The notes under the pieces: model-generated
Databases searched by the model: none
Told to the model about the DNA's origin: nothing
The model's input: the letters and a program-made list of their open reading frames with translations, nothing else
Position numbers and translations under genes: made by a program
Assembly: GCA_013180605.1 (NCBI GenBank)
Contig: QBUL01000188.1
Location: 1 to 56,762 of the forward strand
Direction: 5' to 3'
DNA: 56,762 nucleotides
Origin: Candidatus Methanophagaceae archaeon GoMg1
GTDB lineage: Archaea; Halobacteriota; Syntropharchaeia; Alkanophagales; Methanospirareceae
Shown here: positions 52,180 to 56,762 of the stretch, in pieces
Numbering within the stretch: position 1 is the stretch's first letter
Layout: each line of letters begins with the position of its first letter

Positions 52180-52656
52180 TCACAACACCTTCCTCATTAC
52201 CATTGCCCCTTCTCCATCTTTGTAATAAAGAGGAATAAAACCAATTTCAAAAAAGCCCATACTTCTATACAATCTCTGTGCTATCTGATTGCTTACCCGC
52301 ACCTCCAACACCACATACCCTATCTTTCTCTTCCTCAACATACTAAAAGCGGCATTCAATAACGCCCGCCCCACGCCTCTTCCTCGGTATCGCGAATCAA
52401 CTGCAAGTGCAAATATCCGCCCTTCGCCTTCTGGCGTTAATACTACCACTTCGAAAGCTATTAGCTCCCCTCCTTTCTCCGCAACCAAGAAACCTTCGGG
52501 CCATTCCTCGTATAAGTCCAGATACATGCCCCCATCGCCGTCCAGAGACGTTTGTTCCTCTATCTCTGCCACTCTCCTGATGTCGGGCATTTCAAAATCC
52601 CTTATTGTTATCATGAACCCCTTTGTCGTGCGGACGCTGATCATCATGGCGTTCAC
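52180..52656 (-). CDS. GNAT-family N-acetyltransferase (RimI-like)
   Basis: LAVDSRYRGRGVGRALL (acetyl-CoA motif A) and LEVRVSNQIAQRLYRSMGF. Confidence 0.75.
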   Translation of the reverse strand: MNAMMISVRTTKGFMITIRDFEMPDIRRVAEIEEQTSLDGDGGMYLDLYEEWPEGFLVAEKGGELIAFEVVVLTPEGEGRIFALAVDSRYRGRGVGRALLNAAFSMLRKRKIGYVVLEVRVSNQIAQRLYRSMGFFEIGFIPLYYKDGEGAMVMRKVL

Positions 52657-52952
52657 TCTTCCTGTTCCTTTTCGACCGTATATTCAATCAGAAGTGCCGC
52701 CACCTTCTGCATCATTTCCTCGCTCAACTCAAGCACCCCTTCGCTTCCTCCGCTCTTCCGTGCACGTTCACGCCATTTATCTATTACCTCTTCTTCTCTT
52801 TGCCTGTCCACAACGGGCTTATTCATCTGCATTTTTGCTTTCTTCGCCTGCTTTGCATATTGCATTCTGCGGATAAGTAAATCAGCAATTGTATCATCTA
52901 CTTCATCTATCCTTTTCCGTATCGCATCCAGATTCTTCTCTTCTGCTGTCAT
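52653..52952 (-). CDS. Chorismate mutase (AroQ class)
   Basis: 99 aa. LDAIRKRIDEVDDTIADLLIRRMQYAKQ...K......PVVDRQREEEV. Confidence 0.8.
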   Translation of the reverse strand: MTAEEKNLDAIRKRIDEVDDTIADLLIRRMQYAKQAKKAKMQMNKPVVDRQREEEVIDKWRERARKSGGSEGVLELSEEMMQKVAALLIEYTVEKEQEE

Positions 52953-52966
52953 TTTACTATCTATAT

Positions 52967-53125
52967 GGCACTGTCGAATTTTCTAGTGAAATTGCCAAAC
53001 CCTTAAATTTCACCGCAGAGCACGCAAAGGCACCAGAAAACCTGAGCAATGATTGGAACAGTTTTAAAACTCTGCGTACTCTGCGCCCTCCGCGGTGATA
53101 AATCACTGTATTTTTAGATAGTGCC
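52967..53125 (-). mobile_element. MITE-like element, copy 2 (~159 bp), flanked by an 8-bp direct repeat
   Basis: ggcactgtcgaatttt ... atttttagatagtgcc. ATCTATAT is present at 52959-52966 and again at 53126-53133. Inverted relative to copy 1. Confidence 0.7.
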
Positions 53126-53344
53126 ATCTATATTTATAAAGGAAAGGAGTAAAATAACAAAAAAGTAACAAATTCGAGATGCCCATGCAAGGAAGAGATA
53201 ACGAAAGCGAAGCTGAATCTGAACCCGACCCGCCGAATAGCTCTGATAACCCGAGCTTGGGACGGATAAACAGTATAGGTATGACCACGGGTAAATACAA
53301 AGACAAAGGCAGCTTTTGGCGGAATAAAGGGGGTAGAGGAACGT

Positions 53345-54706
53345 ATGAGGATGAGTACGAGACTGAGTATGAGGGTGCGAAAACGGCAAAAGAAAGTCAC
53401 ATCTGGGAGCGCAGGCATAGGCTCGTACCTTATTGTTTCGCTCGTCCAAACGACCCCTGCTATTGGTTTTAACATCAAAAAAAAAATCCCGAATCTTAAG
53501 CATTTTTTTCACGACTTCTCCGACTTGTTCCGACAAGCGCCCTTTTCGCTCCTGTTTTGTTCTTTCACCGGTCTTCTGGCGGGAGTTGGGCTGTGTTTGA
53601 TGACCGATATGCTGCAACTACTACCCGGTCTTATGATACTTATTCCGCCGGCAATTGCCATGCGTGGTAACGTTTACAGTGCGCTTGTCTCTCGATTAGG
53701 AACGTCCATGCATCTCGGTCTTTTCTCTCCTACGCTAAAAAAGGGGAATGTGTTGTACCAGAACGTCTATGCGTCTTTGCTGCTGACGATGATTCTTTCC
53801 GTTATTCTCGGCTTATTAGCGAAATTAATGGCAAATGCGTTTGGAATATCGAGTATTTCTGTTTATGGTTTCGTTCTCATTTCGGTAATTGGAGGTTTAA
53901 TATCGGGAATCACTCTGCTCGGTATTGCGATCGTCGTGTCTATTATAGGATATCGCAGAAACTGGAATCTGGATAACATCTCATCGCCCATAATAACCTC
54001 TGCTGGCGACATGATAACCATACCATCCCTGTTTCTGGCTGCTGTTCTGTTGCAAAAATCGCCTGATGTATTTGTAACGATACTTTCAACGTTATTCGTT
54101 TTTGTAGCGGTTTTATGCCTCGTAAAAGGTATGAAATCCGACGACAGCGCCATAAGACGTATTCTCATAGAAAGCATCCCGATGCTTTTCCTCTGCGGTA
54201 TTCTCTGCACGTTTGCCGGGATAACATTAGATATAAAGTTAAAGAGTTTAATTGCAATTCCTGCTATTTTAGTTGCCATTCCGCCCTTTCTGGGCGAAAG
54301 CAATGCGTTAGGCGGTATATTAAGCGCCCGTCTTTCTTCCATGCTGCATATCGGCACAATAAATCCACAATGTGTTCCTGATAAGCTTGTAGCCTCTAAT
54401 TTCGCCGTGATATATCTCTTTTCCATCTTCGTATTTTTACTTGTCGGTGTATTATCCTACTTCGTAAGTGTTCTTATTGGTATATCCGATATCCAATCCT
54501 GCCCGAGCATATTTGAAATGCTGTCTATCTCGCTTTTAGGCGGTCTTCTATGCACAACTTTTCTTAATTTCGCTTCTTATTATATCGCAATTATATCTTT
54601 TAGATTTGGACTGGACCCGGATAACGATACCATACCGCTAATAACCAGCTTAACAGATGTGGTAGGTGTATTATGCCTTCTGTTTGCAATGTTTTTAATT
54701 CTCTGA
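53345..54706 (+). CDS. Divalent cation transporter with duplicated MgtE-like (SLC41-type) membrane domains
   Basis: LPGLMILIPPAIAMRGNVYSALVSRLGTSMHLG, and a second copy AIPAILVAIPPFLGESNALGGILSARLSSMLHIG. Start codon uncertain. Confidence 0.7.
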   Translation: MRMSTRLSMRVRKRQKKVTSGSAGIGSYLIVSLVQTTPAIGFNIKKKIPNLKHFFHDFSDLFRQAPFSLLFCSFTGLLAGVGLCLMTDMLQLLPGLMILIPPAIAMRGNVYSALVSRLGTSMHLGLFSPTLKKGNVLYQNVYASLLLTMILSVILGLLAKLMANAFGISSISVYGFVLISVIGGLISGITLLGIAIVVSIIGYRRNWNLDNISSPIITSAGDMITIPSLFLAAVLLQKSPDVFVTILSTLFVFVAVLCLVKGMKSDDSAIRRILIESIPMLFLCGILCTFAGITLDIKLKSLIAIPAILVAIPPFLGESNALGGILSARLSSMLHIGTINPQCVPDKLVASNFAVIYLFSIFVFLLVGVLSYFVSVLIGISDIQSCPSIFEMLSISLLGGLLCTTFLNFASYYIAIISFRFGLDPDNDTIPLITSLTDVVGVLCLLFAMFLIL

Positions 54707-54707
54707 A

Positions 54708-54866
54708 CACACTTTTTCTTTTTAGAAAAAAGAAAACCTGTGCTAAAAGAAAAAAAGACCTGTTTCTTTTTAAGAAAGGTTGTTAGTCAATGTCTTTATC
54801 GAAGGTAAAAAAGTTGTTGGTAAAGCTTTTCTTTGATCAAACTTTCTTTTAAAAAGAAAGTTTGTT
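54708..54866 (-). repeat. Two-palindrome A/T-rich repeat element, copy B5, with the palindromic repeat at its end, abutting the radB ATG
   Basis: cacactttttctttttagaaaaaagaaaacctgtgctaaaagaaaaa ... gttgttggtaaagcttttctttgatcaaactttcttttaaaaagaaagtttgtt-ATG. Confidence 0.7.
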
Positions 54867-55634
54867 ATGCAACTCCCTACGAAATATAGCTCCGGATGCA
54901 AGAGCATAGACGAGCTGTTAGGTGGTGGCTTTGAGTCCGGCACCGTTACCCAGTTATACGGCGAGGCAGGTAGCGGAAAAACCAACATTTGTCTCCAGAT
55001 GGCGGTAGAATGCTCGAGAAAGGGGAAAACGGTAATTTTTATAGACAGTGAAGGCTTTTCTCCTGAACGATTCTTACAAATAGCTAATGCTAAGCCTAAC
55101 CCTTTACCGGACTTGCGGGGTCGTGAAACGGAGTCCCACAGTGCAAACACAAATGAAACTTCAGAAACTGTAGAATGCATAGCGCAGAGGATTTCAATCT
55201 ACGAGCCACATAGTTTCGAGCAACAAACGTCCTGCATAGACGAGATTGAGGAGCTAATAAAGGAAAAGGAAGGCAAGCACGAAGTTGCACTTGTAATCCT
55301 CGATTCCGCCACTCTGTTCTACCGATTGGAACTGGACGAGGAAAGGAGCATATATCTGAGAAGAGTATTGGCGAACCAAATAATGCACCTTTTGGAACTC
55401 GCTCGTAGGTATGACCTTGCAGTTATAATAACAAATCAGGTGTATATGGACATTGAGGCTGGGAATTTACGCCCTTCTGGTGGATATGCCCTCGAGCATC
55501 TCTCTAAGGTAATCGTGCAGCTTGAGAAAGCAGCGGAGGGGCGTGGTAAAAGAAGAGCCATCTTAAAGAAGCACCGGTCTATGCCTGAAGATACGACATG
55601 CGAGTTTTTTATCACGGGTGAAGGGGTGGAATAA
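54867..55634 (+). CDS. radB: DNA repair and recombination protein RadB
   Basis: SIDELLGGGFESGTVTQLYGEAGSGKTNICLQ, VIFIDSEG and VIITNQV. Carries a ~40-aa insertion after the Walker A region. Confidence 0.85.
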   Translation: MQLPTKYSSGCKSIDELLGGGFESGTVTQLYGEAGSGKTNICLQMAVECSRKGKTVIFIDSEGFSPERFLQIANAKPNPLPDLRGRETESHSANTNETSETVECIAQRISIYEPHSFEQQTSCIDEIEELIKEKEGKHEVALVILDSATLFYRLELDEERSIYLRRVLANQIMHLLELARRYDLAVIITNQVYMDIEAGNLRPSGGYALEHLSKVIVQLEKAAEGRGKRRAILKKHRSMPEDTTCEFFITGEGVE

Positions 55635-55848
55635 CTTTCTGTATCCACCAAAAATTCGGTTGAATCGCCAGCTCTGTCCGTTTTTTACCTCTCACAATAA
55701 CCATTTTCTGTGTACCGTCAAAACTTATCCAGTTACATGAACCGTGAAGCGTTATAACACGACTTTCGGAGATTTAGATTTATGAACCAACCTAAATGAA
55801 ACAAAAAAAAATCATACATCAAACTGTATAGACCGCCCATCAGGATCA

Positions 55849-56025
55849 CAGATATTCATCGCTGAAAGTCATGTTTTATCAAAAGTTGCGAGAAAGCATC
55901 TTAACTCGCTGCCAAAGGAAGCGAGATTGAGAATCGGAGATTATCGTGCCGTTTATTTTGAAAATGCCGATAACATTAAGATAATCCAGATTTTACATCG
56001 TGGAAAGGGATATAAGAGGATATAA
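55849..56025 (+). pseudogene. RelE/ParE-type toxin remnant
   Basis: ...VARKHLNSLPKEARLRIGDYRAVYFENADNIKIIQILHRGKGYKRI*. The RIGDYR...I..I.HR..Y core is present. There is no start codon and the middle of the fold is missing. Confidence 0.5.
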
Positions 56026-56152
56026 TATCTAATGGGGATGCTCAGGAATTTTTTCTGTATGGGCGAGGTTGGGACTTTTATAAGATTATTTTACTTTTAA
56101 GGAGGCTAAAGTTTAATATGATGAGATATATAATAGGTCAGAGATGTATAAT

Positions 56153-56762
56153 ATGAAAATAGTCTATGGACCGGTTCCATCACGGCGTCTTGGACGCTCT
56201 TTAGGCGTTAGTCCAATCCCATTCAAAACCTGTAACTATTCCTGTGTGTACTGCCAGCTTGGCAGGACAACGCACATGACCTCTCAGCGTAAAGACTTCT
56301 TCCCACCAGAAGAGTTGTTGAACGAAATCAAAGGGGCAATAGAAGTAGAAAGCAGCCGTGGTGAAATAGATTTTGTGACCTTCGTAGGCGAAGGGGAACC
56401 GACGTTATGTAAAAGCCTTGGCTGGTTAATCCGCAAGACCAAAGAAATAGCAGATATACCCATAGCCGTTGATACAAACGGTTCGCTGCTTTACAGAGAA
56501 GACGTAAGAAACGACATTTCACAAGCAGATGTTGTTATGCCATCGCTTGATGCAGGCACTGCTGAAACATTCAGAAAGATAAACCGACCACATCGAGGGA
56601 TTGATTTTGAAGCGGTTGTCGAAGGTATGGAAAAGTTCAGGCAAGAATATGATGGAGAGATATGGGTAGAAGTCATGCTGGTAAAGGGGCTCAATGACTC
56701 AGAAGATGAATTAGAAGCGATAAAAAGCAGGCTTAGCCCCTTAGAGCCCAATCGAACGTATA
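56153..56762 (+). CDS. Radical SAM protein (COG0731-like), 3' end outside the window
   Basis: MKIVYGPVPSRRLGRSLGVSPIPFKTCNYSCVYCQLG (CX3CX2C) and FVGEGEPT. The ORF runs off the end of the window. Confidence 0.8.
   Translation, partial: MKIVYGPVPSRRLGRSLGVSPIPFKTCNYSCVYCQLGRTTHMTSQRKDFFPPEELLNEIKGAIEVESSRGEIDFVTFVGEGEPTLCKSLGWLIRKTKEIADIPIAVDTNGSLLYREDVRNDISQADVVMPSLDAGTAETFRKINRPHRGIDFEAVVEGMEKFRQEYDGEIWVEVMLVKGLNDSEDELEAIKSRLSPLEPNRTY

Noticed and set aside
53179-53472. 97-aa acidic ORF (MPMQGRDNESEAESEPDPP...YEDEYETEYEG...) upstream of, and overlapping, the MgtE-like gene.
   Set aside because: - The region is open in several frames on both strands (also 53114-53617 and 53134-53478).
- The translation is low-complexity and there is no ribosome-binding site at a sensible distance.
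- It could be a real disordered protein or the true 5' part of the transporter gene, but I cannot support either from sequence alone.
1-56762. Search for tRNA, rRNA, RNase P, SRP RNA or C/D-box sRNA genes in the intergenic regions.
   Set aside because: I saw no cloverleaf-compatible sequence with a T-loop GTTCRAATC-like motif and no rRNA-like conserved tracts. C/D-box sRNAs cannot be excluded by eye and would need a dedicated scan.

Overview
This 56.8-kb window looks like a chromosomal segment from a euryarchaeon, probably a methanogen- or ANME-like member of the Methanomicrobia. All family calls come from motif recognition by eye; no database search was run.

Evidence for an archaeal origin:
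- Archaeal marker genes are present: ribosomal protein L40e, RadB, Bud32, a UPF0282 MBL-fold protein, the COG1900 homocysteine-synthesis protein, CooC, and a HisA-like TIM barrel.
- Promoters are of the TATA type, and several genes appear to be leaderless.

Content:
- I support about 55 protein-coding genes or pseudogenes.
- Housekeeping genes include ileS, hisS, purM, asd, nfi, feoB, radB, bud32, speH and pspA.
- There is also a block of secreted surface proteins and several small toxin-antitoxin-like genes.
- I found no rRNA gene, tRNA gene or CRISPR array.

Three things stand out.
1. Candidate new peptide or protein-modification system (41.9-47.5 kb). Two paralogous cysteine-free proteins are built from four copies of a ~100-aa module. 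They are followed by a radical SAM/SPASM enzyme with an N-terminal PqqD-like recognition domain. A large membrane-anchored surface protein overlaps the end of that enzyme gene. This is my best candidate for an undescribed system.
2. PspA/IM30 membrane-stress operon (27.6-31.0 kb). It is packed with DUF4178, DUF350, an AdoMet decarboxylase and unknown membrane proteins. It lies convergent to a membrane-fused spermidine-synthase-like gene and a K+ channel.
3. Modular intergenic repeats. These include:
   - a terminator-to-promoter cassette reused at 12 or more loci;
   - a double-hairpin element with compensatory base changes and nested insertions;
   - a two-palindrome A/T-rich element;
   - a ~160-bp MITE with terminal inverted repeats and an 8-bp target-site duplication.

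The window also carries many decayed genes:
- a frameshifted Kelch-like gene and a frameshifted ZIP transporter gene;
- an MBL-fold gene with an in-frame TAA;
- RecQ, RelE and zinc-ribbon remnants.
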